Source: Candidatus Latescibacterota bacterium
GTDB lineage: Bacteria; Latescibacterota; UBA2968
Direction: 5' to 3'
Assembly: GCA_965208125.1 (NCBI GenBank)
Contig: OZ242320.1
Coordinates: 448,001 to 512,000 of the forward strand
DNA: 64,000 bases
A program made the translations under genes and the position numbers. The first letter of the stretch is position 1; each line of letters opens with the position of its first letter. The notes below the pieces were generated by a model. The model made no database searches, was not told the DNA's origin, and worked only from the letters and a program-made list of their open reading frames with translations. Shown piece after piece: positions 1 through 9,827 of the stretch.

Positions 1-164
1 GGCCAGACCAGCGCATCTGGATCGAACTCGTCAAAATAGCCATCGTGACGCACGGCTTCGAGCATAAGCTGAACCGATTGGTCATAAACAGCCAACATCT
101 GCTCCAGATCGTCGAGCAGTGTTTCGTGCAATGGACGAGTATCCGATTTATTGCGTGGGGTCAT
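1..164 (-). CDS. hypothetical protein, 5' part only (runs off the window)
   Basis: ATG at 164, 9 nt after the FAR stop; open frame MTPRNKSDTRPLHETLLDDLEQML... to the window edge. Confidence 0.55.
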   Translation of the reverse strand, partial: MTPRNKSDTRPLHETLLDDLEQMLAVYDQSVQLMLEAVRHDGYFDEFDPDALVW

Positions 165-173
165 AAGAGAAAC

Positions 174-1778
174 CTAAACACCCGTCTTGAGCACATGGCG
201 TTGCAAGCCGGGAATGTGAATATCCTTTACGTAAACGGGCCAATCTATGCGCGAAATATCACAATTAAAAATCTCTTTATCTTCTGCATCCATACTGTCA
301 AACAACTGATTCATATTGTCGTTTTGAAACACGCAATCCAGAGAAATATAAGAACCGTAAATATCGGTAAGCGACAGCGTATTTTCCAAAGTGGCATTCA
401 AAATCGACAAATGGCGTTTGTGCTTTGAAACATCAACCAGCGGCACCAAATTCAGTGCTCGTTGCAAAATTTTGAGTGGCAACTGATACTTATAGCGCAA
501 CTTTCGACGAAATTGTGACAGCGTCGGATAGGTCCACCGCGTTACCGCAATGGGGTTGCCATTGCGATCGTGCATTGGATTGTTCACAAAATACTCGTAC
601 ACATACTGAACGACCTCACCCACCGTGACCGGATTTTTTGCACTTGTTGTCACATGATAAACCTTCAAATCGGCATTTGCACGGATGGAAGGCAAAACAC
701 CGATAATCACATTGATAATAATATCCACGGGAATAACGTCTAAAACCGCTTCTGGACGCGCAGGAAAATCATTCAAACGCCCCTTGCCGTAGTGTACGAT
801 AAGTGGATCGGCCACTTTTAGTCCCTCCAGCCATCCCGGTTCTGGATCGGACAAACTGCTCTCAATAATAGAAGGGCGTACGATCACGGTTGGCAAATCA
901 CCCCGAATCTTGGCAACCATCTGCTCACCCATGGCCTTGGTAAAAGAATAACTGTCGTGCCAGCCCAACTCTCGTCCGCGCTTTATGCCCCGTGCCACCA
1001 TCCGTTCCCGCACCCAACGCTGGCGCAAAGCCTCCAACTGGTGTTCCCGCCGATGCGCTGTAACGCGCTTGCCCCGATCCTGCCGGTCCAGCAACCGCGT
1101 AAATTCCGCAAAGCGCTCGGGGCTTCGCGACGCCGCCTCTACTTCGTGGCTATACGCCAGAATAGCTTCAACTTCCGAATCCAGACTATAATCGGGCGCG
1201 CGACCATTTTCCATCTGTTGTGCCACCGTTTGATCGGGTACGGGCGCGTCTTCAGAAATGATCCTCTTTTGTCGTCCATTGACATAAGCCGTCGAAACAT
1301 GCACCAGCACAGCATCTCGACACGCTTTGGCAAATTCGACAACGCGCTTGGCTCCAAGTGTATTTTGCGCCAGAGCCAGATCCAGTGGTGCATCAAAAAC
1401 CACATTGGCCGCGCTGTTAATCACAACATCGACTTCACGGGTCAACCGCGCATATGTCTCCTCGTCCATGCCGAGGTGGTCTTGTGTCAAATCGCTCGGC
1501 ACTGCAATGACCTTTTCGCGCATCACAGCGTCAAAACGATTCCCGAGTTCTGCGCGCAATCGCGCAAAAGCACTGGATTGCAAAATCTCCCTTTGCAGTC
1601 GGTCTTCGGCACTAATGGGCTTGCCCCCTCCCCGACTTTGAGGCCGCACCATGAGATAAATGCGCCCAATATCTGGCGCTTGGCAAAGGATTTTTCCCAC
1701 CAATCCCTTGGCCAAAAAACCGGTTGCACCCGTAATAAAAAGAACTTTGTGGTTCAAAAATGGAATGACAACACTCAT
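174..1778 (-). CDS. fatty acyl-CoA reductase (alcohol-forming, male-sterility/FAR extended SDR)
   Basis: ITGATGFLAK Rossmann motif, HVSTAYV, YSFTK (YxxxK), IVRPSIIES..EP.PGW, C-terminal sterile-like domain. Confidence 0.9.
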   Translation of the reverse strand: MSVVIPFLNHKVLFITGATGFLAKGLVGKILCQAPDIGRIYLMVRPQSRGGGKPISAEDRLQREILQSSAFARLRAELGNRFDAVMREKVIAVPSDLTQDHLGMDEETYARLTREVDVVINSAANVVFDAPLDLALAQNTLGAKRVVEFAKACRDAVLVHVSTAYVNGRQKRIISEDAPVPDQTVAQQMENGRAPDYSLDSEVEAILAYSHEVEAASRSPERFAEFTRLLDRQDRGKRVTAHRREHQLEALRQRWVRERMVARGIKRGRELGWHDSYSFTKAMGEQMVAKIRGDLPTVIVRPSIIESSLSDPEPGWLEGLKVADPLIVHYGKGRLNDFPARPEAVLDVIPVDIIINVIIGVLPSIRANADLKVYHVTTSAKNPVTVGEVVQYVYEYFVNNPMHDRNGNPIAVTRWTYPTLSQFRRKLRYKYQLPLKILQRALNLVPLVDVSKHKRHLSILNATLENTLSLTDIYGSYISLDCVFQNDNMNQLFDSMDAEDKEIFNCDISRIDWPVYVKDIHIPGLQRHVLKTGV

Positions 1779-1846
1779 AAAAAGACCCCGGCGTCCAAAA
1801 AATTAAACCGCAACAGCGCGAAAAAGTACCTTCTCAAAGTGCTCTA

Positions 1847-1875
1847 ATTAAAGACGTACATTGGACTTGTGTCAA
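1847..1875 (-). promoter_or_regulatory. putative sigma70 promoter for the FAR gene
   Basis: TTGACA-N17-TTTAAT on the minus strand, about 70 nt upstream of the ATG. Confidence 0.55.
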
Positions 1876-1923
1876 CCTCTTTCTCGCGCAGTTTACAAGC
1901 GCAAATCCTTATCAAAAATGGGG

Positions 1924-1952
1924 TTGACAAAAAAAAGCTCAACTCCTATCTT
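1924..1952 (+). promoter_or_regulatory. putative sigma70 promoter for the ndk-fab operon
   Basis: TTGACA-N17-TATCTT. Confidence 0.65.
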
Positions 1953-2000
1953 GTCCACCTTTGAGCCGATATGAGCCTATTTTTTATACGGATTTTATGC

Positions 2001-2399
2001 ATGGAACGCACTTTGCTCATCGTCAAACCCGACGCTGTTGCACAAAATGTAATCGGTGAAATTATTCGCCGTCTCGAAAAAAAAAGCTTTCGAATTGTAA
2101 ATCTTGAAATGGTTCGCCTCACGCGCAAACAGGCTGCCGAGTTTTATGCAGTACATTGCCAACGGCCTTTTTACAACGACCTGCTCGATTTTATGACCTC
2201 CGGTCCCTGTGTACCCATGGCACTCGAGCGAGACAACGCCGTCGCATTTTTGCGCGAAGTCATTGGCAGCACCAATCCCGAAGAAGCCGCAGAAGGAACC
2301 ATTCGCAAAGACTTTGCAACCGATATTCAAAACAATGCCGTACACGCCTCAGATTCACTGGAAAATGCAGCCAAAGAAGTGACTTTCTTTTTTGGTTAA
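2001..2399 (+). CDS. ndk: nucleoside diphosphate kinase
   Basis: MERTLLIVKPDAV start, NAVHASDS catalytic His motif; start moved to ATG 2001. Confidence 0.97.
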   Translation: MERTLLIVKPDAVAQNVIGEIIRRLEKKSFRIVNLEMVRLTRKQAAEFYAVHCQRPFYNDLLDFMTSGPCVPMALERDNAVAFLREVIGSTNPEEAAEGTIRKDFATDIQNNAVHASDSLENAAKEVTFFFG

Positions 2400-2416
2400 A
2401 AGCATTCATCTACCTT

Positions 2417-2932
2417 ATGAAAATCGACCTGAGAGATATACAGGAAGGCGAGACCGAACTTTCGTTTGAAGAAACGCCTGCCGACCTGCACATTACCGGA
2501 GAAGACACCCCATTTGCAGGTGCCATAAACACCCGTCTCGTCGTGTACAAATTTGGCGACTCGCTCTCTGCCAAAGGGCAAACCACCTGTCTGGTGCGCC
2601 CCGAATGCGCGCGGTGCCTGGAAACCATCGAATTTCCCATCGCCATCTCATACACATTCGTTTTTCAAAAAGGTCGTCCCGACCAGATGAACGATGACGA
2701 TGACGAAACGCTAATCTGGCTCAATGAAGAACCCGGCGAAATAGACCTGGGCAATGACGTGAAAGATTATATTTTGCTCGAACTACCCATGATTCCAACA
2801 TGCGCTGCATCGCCTTCTGGCCCTTGTGAACGCTATGAGCAAGACCCCCAGGAATTGCTGGAATACACGCGTGAAAAGAGCCACGACCCGCGTTGGGATG
2901 CTCTCCGCGCACTAAAAGAAAACGCACAGTAA
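2417..2932 (+). CDS. yceD: YceD/DUF177 family protein
   Basis: CARCL motif, LELPM, DPRWDAL C-terminus, canonical position before rpmF. Confidence 0.9.
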   Translation: MKIDLRDIQEGETELSFEETPADLHITGEDTPFAGAINTRLVVYKFGDSLSAKGQTTCLVRPECARCLETIEFPIAISYTFVFQKGRPDQMNDDDDETLIWLNEEPGEIDLGNDVKDYILLELPMIPTCAASPSGPCERYEQDPQELLEYTREKSHDPRWDALRALKENAQ

Positions 2933-2962
2933 ACAGAGCAACTATTAAAAAGGAATACCACC

Positions 2963-3145
2963 ATGGCCAACCCCAAACGAAAAAGTTCAAATTCCCGCAC
3001 AGGTAAACGCCGTGCCAATTGGAAGCTGCGTCAACCCACTTTTAACGAATGTCCCAACTGTGGGCAGCAAAAAATACCCCATCGGGTCTGTGGAAATTGC
3101 GGTTATTACAATGGGCGCGAAGTGGTTGAAACCGATGGCTTTTAA
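2963..3145 (+). CDS. rpmF: 50S ribosomal protein L32
   Basis: MANPKRKSS..., CPNC...[10 protein letters not shown] zinc ribbon. Confidence 0.97.
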   Translation: MANPKRKSSNSRTGKRRANWKLRQPTFNECPNCGQQKIPHRVCGNCGYYNGREVVETDGF

Positions 3146-3189
3146 TTTGGGTCTAAAGTTGCGCAGACTTTGAGGAGCAGAGAATTATC

Positions 3190-4182
3190 ATGTATCCCCT
3201 TGCAGCCACCATCACCGGGGTTGGGCACTATGTCCCAGAACAAAAGTTGACCAATACCGACCTCGAAAAAATAGTCGATACATCCGACGAGTGGATCACA
3301 TCCCGCACCGGCATCAAAGAACGTCGCATTCTCGACGAGGGATTGGGCACGTCTTTTATGGCTCTAAAATCTCTGGAAGCCATTCTGCACAGCAAAGGAC
3401 TCGATGCCAGAGATATCGACCTGATCATCGTTGCAACCATCACGCCCGACATGTTATTTCCATCAACGGCCTGTCTGGTACAGGACCAAATTGGTGCCAC
3501 AAATGCCTGGGCTTTTGATCTGGCAGCAGCCTGTAGCGGTTTTTTATATGCTCTGATGGTGGGGGGGCAATTTATTGAAACGGGCGCACACAAACGCGTA
3601 GTCGTCATTGGAGCCGACAAAATGAGCAGCATTACAGACTACACCGACCGCGACACCTGTGTGCTCTTTGGCGATGGCGCAGGCGCCGTTTTACTCGAAC
3701 CCGGCGAACCCGGTTTGGGGCTTAAAGACTTTATCCTCTATTCTGATGGCAGCGGCGTAAAACATCTGCGACAACCCGCTGGCGGCAGTGTGCTTCCGGC
3801 CTCTCGTAAAACCGTTGAAAAAAAAATGCACTATATTTATCAAGATGGCCGCGAAGTTTTCAAATTTGCAGTCCCCAAAATGGCCGAAGTTTCCGCTCAA
3901 ATTCTCGAACGCAACGGCCTGGTCGGCAAAGACATCGCGCTTTTTGTACCGCACCAGGCCAACAAACGCATCATTGACGCATGTGTCAAACGCACAGATA
4001 TACCCGAAGATCGCGTTGTGGTCAATATCGACCGCTATGCCAACACCTCTGCTGCCACCATTCCCATCGGCCTGTCTGAAGCAGTCGAACAGGGCCGCCT
4101 CAGCCGCGGTGACAATGTGCTGTTCGCCAGTGCCGGTGCGGGATATACCTGGGGCAGCACCCTGCTAACCTGGGCTTATTAA
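3190..4182 (+). CDS. fabH: beta-ketoacyl-ACP synthase III
   Basis: DTSDEWI..RTGI, AACSGF, FGDGAGA, PHQAN, ANTSAA. Confidence 0.97.
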   Translation: MYPLAATITGVGHYVPEQKLTNTDLEKIVDTSDEWITSRTGIKERRILDEGLGTSFMALKSLEAILHSKGLDARDIDLIIVATITPDMLFPSTACLVQDQIGATNAWAFDLAAACSGFLYALMVGGQFIETGAHKRVVVIGADKMSSITDYTDRDTCVLFGDGAGAVLLEPGEPGLGLKDFILYSDGSGVKHLRQPAGGSVLPASRKTVEKKMHYIYQDGREVFKFAVPKMAEVSAQILERNGLVGKDIALFVPHQANKRIIDACVKRTDIPEDRVVVNIDRYANTSAATIPIGLSEAVEQGRLSRGDNVLFASAGAGYTWGSTLLTWAY

Positions 4183-5100
4183 ATGACAAAAAAAGCTTTC
4201 CTATTTCCAGGGCAAGGCTCCCAATTCGTTGGCATGGGATACGACCTGTACAGGACCGCACCGGAAGCACACAAAATTTTTGATCTTGCCGACGACTTGC
4301 TCGACATAGACATCAAATCATTCTGCTTCAACGGTCCTGCTGAGTCACTCAAACAAACCGCAGTCACACAACCGGCAATTTTTGCCCACAGCATTGCCGC
4401 CCTCGAAATACTCAAAACCCGGGGACTGCATCCCGACCTCGTGGCAGGACACAGCGTCGGAGAACTCGCCGCGCTCGTTGCGGCAGGTGTTATGCGCGTC
4501 GAAGATGGCTTTCGGGTCGTCAGCGTTCGCGGACATGCCATGCAAGTCGCGGGAAAAATTCGGCCAGGTACCATGGCTGCTGTGCTCGGTCTCAACGACG
4601 ACGTGATGGTTCGGCTTTGCAACGACCTCAGCTCTTCGGGTCATGTCACAACAGCCAATTTCAATTGTCCGGGGCAAGTGGTCCTGTCTGGCGAGGAAAA
4701 CGCCGTTGAAGAAGCACTCGAAAAAGTCAAAGCACTGGGAGCCAAACGCGCTGTGCTCTTGCCCGTAGGCGGCGCATTTCACTCAGCCTTGATGCAACCA
4801 GCCCTAACAGCACTGACCGACATACTCGACGATGTGCCATTTGTGCGGGCGCAAATCCCCGTGATCCCCAATGTCACGGCTGAACCCACACGCGATCCAG
4901 ACTTGCTCAAAGACCTGTTAATCGAGCAAGTTATTTCGCCTGTTCGCTGGACCGAATCCATGCAACGGCTCATAGCAGAAGGCATGACTGAAGCACTCGA
5001 AGTGGGGCCAGGCAATGTGCTCAAGGGCCTCATGCGCCGAATTGACCGAAACATTTCAGTCCGCGAAGCCGGCACATTAGAAGCCATTGAACAACTTTAG
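4183..5100 (+). CDS. fabD: malonyl-CoA:ACP transacylase
   Basis: FPGQGSQ, GHSVGE, GAFHS motifs. Confidence 0.97.
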   Translation: MTKKAFLFPGQGSQFVGMGYDLYRTAPEAHKIFDLADDLLDIDIKSFCFNGPAESLKQTAVTQPAIFAHSIAALEILKTRGLHPDLVAGHSVGELAALVAAGVMRVEDGFRVVSVRGHAMQVAGKIRPGTMAAVLGLNDDVMVRLCNDLSSSGHVTTANFNCPGQVVLSGEENAVEEALEKVKALGAKRAVLLPVGGAFHSALMQPALTALTDILDDVPFVRAQIPVIPNVTAEPTRDPDLLKDLLIEQVISPVRWTESMQRLIAEGMTEALEVGPGNVLKGLMRRIDRNISVREAGTLEAIEQL

Positions 5101-5123
5101 AACATTCAACCGACAATTATCTC

Positions 5124-5870
5124 ATGAACCGACTCACAGATAAAACAGCTCTTATAACAGGCGGATCTCGCGGCATTGGCGAGGCCATTGCCCTGCGCCT
5201 TGCGCGCGAAGGAGCCAACATCGCCTTATGTGCCAGTCAAAGCACGGAAGCTGCAGAAGCCGTGGCCGAAAAAATCCGCGCACAAGGCAGAGAGGCTATT
5301 GTACGACAAACCGATGTATCCAACGCCGAATCCGTTGAAGCCCTTGTAAAGACCGTCCTCGACATCTGGGGCAAAATTGATATACTCGTCAACAATGCAG
5401 GTATCGCCCGCGACAATTTGCTGATGCGTATGAAAGAAGATGATTGGGATGCTGTTCTTGACGTCAATCTCAAAGGTGCGTACCATTGTATCAAAGCCGT
5501 CACCCGTCCCATGATGAAGGCGCGAACCGGTCGCATCATCAACGTCTCATCGGTCGTGGGGCTCACGGGCAATGCCGGGCAGATCAATTACGCCGCATCC
5601 AAATCGGGCCTGATTGGCCTGACCAAATCGGTAGCCAGAGAATTGGCCAGCCGCAATATTACTGCCAACGCCATTGCGCCCGGATTTATTCCGACTGACA
5701 TGACCGCTAAACTCAACGCCAAAATACAAGAACAGTTGATCGCACAGATTCCACTGGGCAAGCTCGGCAGTCCCGACGATGTTGCCGCAGCCGCAGCCTT
5801 TCTCGCCTCTGACGACGCTACTTATATTACTGGACAGGTTCTCGTTGTCGATGGCGGAATGGTGATGTAA
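5124..5870 (+). CDS. fabG: 3-oxoacyl-ACP reductase
   Basis: [18 protein letters not shown]; operon position. Confidence 0.97.
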   Translation: MNRLTDKTALITGGSRGIGEAIALRLAREGANIALCASQSTEAAEAVAEKIRAQGREAIVRQTDVSNAESVEALVKTVLDIWGKIDILVNNAGIARDNLLMRMKEDDWDAVLDVNLKGAYHCIKAVTRPMMKARTGRIINVSSVVGLTGNAGQINYAASKSGLIGLTKSVARELASRNITANAIAPGFIPTDMTAKLNAKIQEQLIAQIPLGKLGSPDDVAAAAAFLASDDATYITGQVLVVDGGMVM

Positions 5871-5905
5871 ATAATCACTACACACTACACACGGAGGGCT
5901 TCACA

Positions 5906-6145
5906 ATGACCGATGATATTCAACAAAAAGTTACCGACCTGATCGTTGACCAACTCGGAGTTGATGCCGATAGCGTCAATGCCGACGCCCATTTTATTGA
6001 CGATCTGGGCGCAGACTCGCTCGACACAGTCGAACTGGTCATGGCTTTCGAAGAAGAATTTGACATGGAAATCTCCGATGAAGACGCCGAAAAGCTCGAA
6101 ACAGTTGGCGATGCCATCGCATACTTAGACGAACGTTTGGATTAA
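5906..6145 (+). CDS. acpP: acyl carrier protein
   Basis: [20 protein letters not shown]; GGAGG RBS. Confidence 0.98.
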   Translation: MTDDIQQKVTDLIVDQLGVDADSVNADAHFIDDLGADSLDTVELVMAFEEEFDMEISDEDAEKLETVGDAIAYLDERLD

Positions 6146-6227
6146 TTCGGGAACTGGAAGCTGGAGATAGGTTCTCATCCCATTAATGGATGTAGGAACA
6201 AATCTCCAGCCTTCAGGAGGTCATTCT

Positions 6228-7478
6228 TTGAACAAACAACGCAGAGTGGTCATCACCGGCATGGGCACACTTGCCCCCAATGGCAATACCACAAAAAGCT
6301 ATTGGGAAGCATTGTGCAATGGACAAACAGGCGTTGGCCCCATAACAAAATTTGACGCCTCTGATTTCCGCGTGCAATTTGCAGCCGAAATCAAAAACTT
6401 TGAACCAGAACACTTTGGTATTGATCGTCGCAGCCAGCGGCGCATGGATCTCTTTACCCAATACGCCATTGCATCATCTGTTCAAGCCGTAGAAAATGCA
6501 GGTCTCGATATCAGTAATGAACAGCCCGAACGCATCGGAGTTGTATTTGGCTCGGGCATTGGCGGCATCCAAACCTTTGAGGATCAGCACGAAGCCTATC
6601 GCAAAGATGGTCCACGACGCATCAGTCCGCTTTTTGTGCCCATGATGATTCCCGACATGTCCGCAGGTCAAGTATCCATCCACCTCGGTGCCAAAGGACC
6701 CAACTATACCACCGTCACAGCTTGCGCCTCGGCAGCCCATGCCATTGGCAATGCAGCCCGCGAAATTTGGGACGACGAAGCCGATGTCATGATCACAGGG
6801 GGGGCAGAAGCCGCCATTACCCCAATGTCAGTCGGTGGATTTGCCGCGGCGCGAACGCTTTCAACCCGCAACGACGCCCCAACGCAAGCCAGCCGTCCCT
6901 TCGATGCAGACCGAGATGGATTTGTAATTGGAGAAGGTGCTGGCGGGCTTGTTCTGGAAGAACTCGAACGCGCAACACAACGGGGTGCCACTATCTATGC
7001 CGAAGTTGTAGGGACTGGCTACACTGGCGATGCCTATCACATTACCGGTATGGCACCTGGCGGCGAGGGGGGTGCCCGCGCTATGTGCCGCGCCATGCGA
7101 CAAGCGCAGATCAATCCCGGAGACGTGGCTTATATCAACGCACACGGCACATCAACACCTGTGGGCGATCCGGCAGAAACAGCCGCCATCAAATCCGTAT
7201 TTGGCGACTATGCCAAAAAGCTCGCCGTCAGTTCGACAAAATCCATGACCGGACATCTTTTGGGGGCTTCGGGTGCGATTGAAACCATCGCAGCAACCCT
7301 ATCAATTCACCACAATGTGGTACCGCCCACGATCAACTACGAAACACCCGATCCAGAATGCGACCTCGATTACGTGCCCAATGAAGCGCGGGAAATACCC
7401 GTTGAAATCGCCATCAGTAATTCCTTTGGCTTTGGTGGCCACAACGCAGTACTCATCCTGCGTAAGTTTCGCAACTAA
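6228..7478 (+). CDS. fabF: beta-ketoacyl-ACP synthase II
   Basis: TACAS, NAHGTST, GHLLGA, SNSFGFGGHN; TTG start at 6228 after AGGAGG. Confidence 0.96.
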   Translation: MNKQRRVVITGMGTLAPNGNTTKSYWEALCNGQTGVGPITKFDASDFRVQFAAEIKNFEPEHFGIDRRSQRRMDLFTQYAIASSVQAVENAGLDISNEQPERIGVVFGSGIGGIQTFEDQHEAYRKDGPRRISPLFVPMMIPDMSAGQVSIHLGAKGPNYTTVTACASAAHAIGNAAREIWDDEADVMITGGAEAAITPMSVGGFAAARTLSTRNDAPTQASRPFDADRDGFVIGEGAGGLVLEELERATQRGATIYAEVVGTGYTGDAYHITGMAPGGEGGARAMCRAMRQAQINPGDVAYINAHGTSTPVGDPAETAAIKSVFGDYAKKLAVSSTKSMTGHLLGASGAIETIAATLSIHHNVVPPTINYETPDPECDLDYVPNEAREIPVEIAISNSFGFGGHNAVLILRKFRN

Positions 7479-7489
7479 CGAGACCATAC

Positions 7490-8266
7490 ATGCTACGTGA
7501 ATTGAAAGGGGGCGGTTTTATCCGGCTCGGAACTGTCTTACAAACGATCAGACGCTGGTCCGCAGGCAGCAGAGTGCGTTCCCAGGAAGAACTCCAACAC
7601 AAACTCGGTTACACCTTTTCCAATACCGCTTTACTCGAACAAGCCCTTAAACACCGGTCTCATGTTTACGTCACTCAGGAAGGCAGCATTGCTTCCAACG
7701 AACGCCTGGAATTTTTGGGCGATGCCGTGCTCGATCTCATTGTGACAGAACATCTCTACAATCGGTTCAAAAATAAAAGAGAAGGCGAACTCACACAGAT
7801 CAAATCTCTACTCGTCAGCAAGGTGGTCCTGGCCGAAAAAGGCCGCAAAATCCAACTTGGAGAATATCTCTATTTGAGCAAAGAAGAAATCTCATCTGGC
7901 GGGCGCCAACGCACCTCGATTATCGGCGATGCTTTTGAAGCGCTCTTAGGTGCGATTTACCTCGATGGCGGGCTTGAAGCTGCCCGCTCATTTGTCGAAC
8001 GCACAATTCTAACCGATGTTGAAGAAATCCTCGCCGACGGCAACTATCTCAACTTCAAAAGCCTGCTTCTCGAACACACACAAAGTACGGGACAGGGCCA
8101 TCCGCGATATCAGCCCATATCCGAAGAAGGCCCAGATCACCGAAAAATTTTCTTTATTGAAGTAACCCTTCAGGGCGATCGATTGGGCGAAGGACAGGGG
8201 CGCAGTAAAAAAGAAGCCCAACAGATGGCCGCAAAAGACGCGCTCAGACACCTGGGCCTACACTAA
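7490..8266 (+). CDS. rnc: ribonuclease III
   Basis: NERLEFLGDAVL signature, DAFEALLGAIYLD, C-terminal dsRBD; start uncertain. Confidence 0.96.
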   Translation: MLRELKGGGFIRLGTVLQTIRRWSAGSRVRSQEELQHKLGYTFSNTALLEQALKHRSHVYVTQEGSIASNERLEFLGDAVLDLIVTEHLYNRFKNKREGELTQIKSLLVSKVVLAEKGRKIQLGEYLYLSKEEISSGGRQRTSIIGDAFEALLGAIYLDGGLEAARSFVERTILTDVEEILADGNYLNFKSLLLEHTQSTGQGHPRYQPISEEGPDHRKIFFIEVTLQGDRLGEGQGRSKKEAQQMAAKDALRHLGLH

Positions 8267-8268
8267 CC

Positions 8269-9102
8269 GTGACACAATGCGATCCCTTCACATGGCGTTT
8301 CCTGAATACCCAACACGGAAACGCCTTTTTTAATATGGCAGTCGATGAAGCTCTCGTGCGCTCGATAGGTGCTCGGCCTGCATTTCGCGTTTACGGGTGG
8401 CAACCGCCCGCGGTCTCCTTTGGATATGCACAGCGCATCAGCCGCGAAGTCGATGCCCAAAAAGTTCGCAAGCGCGGTATCGACATTGTCCGTCGGCCCA
8501 CCGGTGGTCGCGCCGTCTTGCACTGGAACGAACTGACCTACAGCGTTATCTGCCCTGCCGACAATCCCGTTATGGGGGGCAATATCAACGAAGCCTATCG
8601 CAGAATCAGCGAGGGCCTTTTGGCGGGTATTCGCGCTCTCGGTATTGATGCGACCTTTGAATCCCGCCGCCAGACGCAACCCTCACCGCGCGGCAAAGAA
8701 CTCACCTCGCCCTGTTTTACCAGCACAGCGCAATACGAAGTCAAATTCAAGGGACGCAAACTCATCGGTAGCGCGCAACAGCGCATCGGCACAATGCTCT
8801 TGCAGCACGGGTCTCTCCTACTCGGCCCAGAGCACAAACAAATCGTCGATCTTCTGCCCATCGACAAACCCGGCCTGAAAAAGCGTTTTGCACGCGACCT
8901 CGACCGCCACACCACCTCGCTCTCTGAAGCCCTTGCATCCCCCATCGATTTTGATACAGTGGCTACCGCCATCCGACAAGGCATTCAAAAGACCTTTAAC
9001 ATCCAACTTGTTGAAGCCACACTCAGCAAAACCGAAATCGCCGAAACCCAACGCCTCATCAACGAGAAATACGCAACGCATGAATGGAATGACAAGTATT
9101 GA
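8269..9102 (+). CDS. lipoate-protein ligase / LipM-type octanoyltransferase
   Basis: NMAVDEAL, RRPTGGRAVLH, KLIGSAQ, LQHGS. Confidence 0.9.
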   Translation: MTQCDPFTWRFLNTQHGNAFFNMAVDEALVRSIGARPAFRVYGWQPPAVSFGYAQRISREVDAQKVRKRGIDIVRRPTGGRAVLHWNELTYSVICPADNPVMGGNINEAYRRISEGLLAGIRALGIDATFESRRQTQPSPRGKELTSPCFTSTAQYEVKFKGRKLIGSAQQRIGTMLLQHGSLLLGPEHKQIVDLLPIDKPGLKKRFARDLDRHTTSLSEALASPIDFDTVATAIRQGIQKTFNIQLVEATLSKTEIAETQRLINEKYATHEWNDKY

Positions 9103-9511
9103 ATCTTCAAAGATCTGGACCTCACATCCCTTGCGCGAAGAGCCTTTGGCAAAATCTGTTTTACTCGTACTCATCATCCTGGGCGTCGCGGCTATTGTCG
9201 GTGTGAGCTTTCAAAGCATCACCTTCGCCTTTCTTGCACTCGTATTGCTCACCGCGGCGATGTCCCGTTATTTTTTTATAACGCACTATGCTATTGACAC
9301 TCACGGTTTTACCATTTCACATATCGGTATGCACAGGCAGTATTTGTGGACAAATTTTCGCCGCGCCGCAATCCATCCCGACGGCGTCTTCTTAAGTCCT
9401 TTTGCCAAACCGCATCGTCTCGACACATTTCGCGGTCAATTCCTGCGCTCGAAAAATCCCTCAGAGATCTACCATGTCGTCCAAAGACACATCAATATTG
9501 ATCCGGCTTAA
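9089..9511 (+). CDS. hypothetical membrane protein (2 TM plus small soluble domain)
   Basis: ATG 9089 overlaps the upstream stop; two hydrophobic helices; FLSPF..P.RLD.FRG C-terminal motif. Confidence 0.7.
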   Translation: MTSIESSKIWTSHPLREEPLAKSVLLVLIILGVAAIVGVSFQSITFAFLALVLLTAAMSRYFFITHYAIDTHGFTISHIGMHRQYLWTNFRRAAIHPDGVFLSPFAKPHRLDTFRGQFLRSKNPSEIYHVVQRHINIDPA

Positions 9512-9827
9512 GAATTACTGCGCCCATGCCTTTGCCGTCTCCCCACCCGAAAGTGCCATCACCGAAGAAGACGAAATTCTCGCCGAAAAAGCCGCCGCCT
9601 TCATCGTGAGACGCAAACTCACAGCGCCAGCCATTATGTTACTTGAAACCGGGCGACCCTTTAACTATATTGGCAGCCAACTTTTGACTTTTTTATCGCC
9701 CTTCGTATCTATCATCTTTTCCTCAACAGCTGAGTTTGATCGCTTCACGCGCTTTCTGGAAAAACGGGAAAGCATTCCCTGCCTCATTCGTCACATTGAA
9801 ACCCTGGAAAACAAAAACCATGGATAA
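9474..9827 (+). CDS. conserved hypothetical protein
   Basis: Overlaps both neighbours; IVRRKLTAPAIMLLETGRPFNYIGSQ; host-like codon usage. Confidence 0.7.
   Translation: MSSKDTSILIRLKNYCAHAFAVSPPESAITEEDEILAEKAAAFIVRRKLTAPAIMLLETGRPFNYIGSQLLTFLSPFVSIIFSSTAEFDRFTRFLEKRESIPCLIRHIETLENKNHG

Noticed and set aside
957-1847. Long antisense or alternate-frame ORFs (for example 957-1847, 9784-10548, 18647-19423, 48307-48981, 62820-63467)
   Set aside because: They overlap well-supported genes on the opposite strand and show no recognisable motifs.
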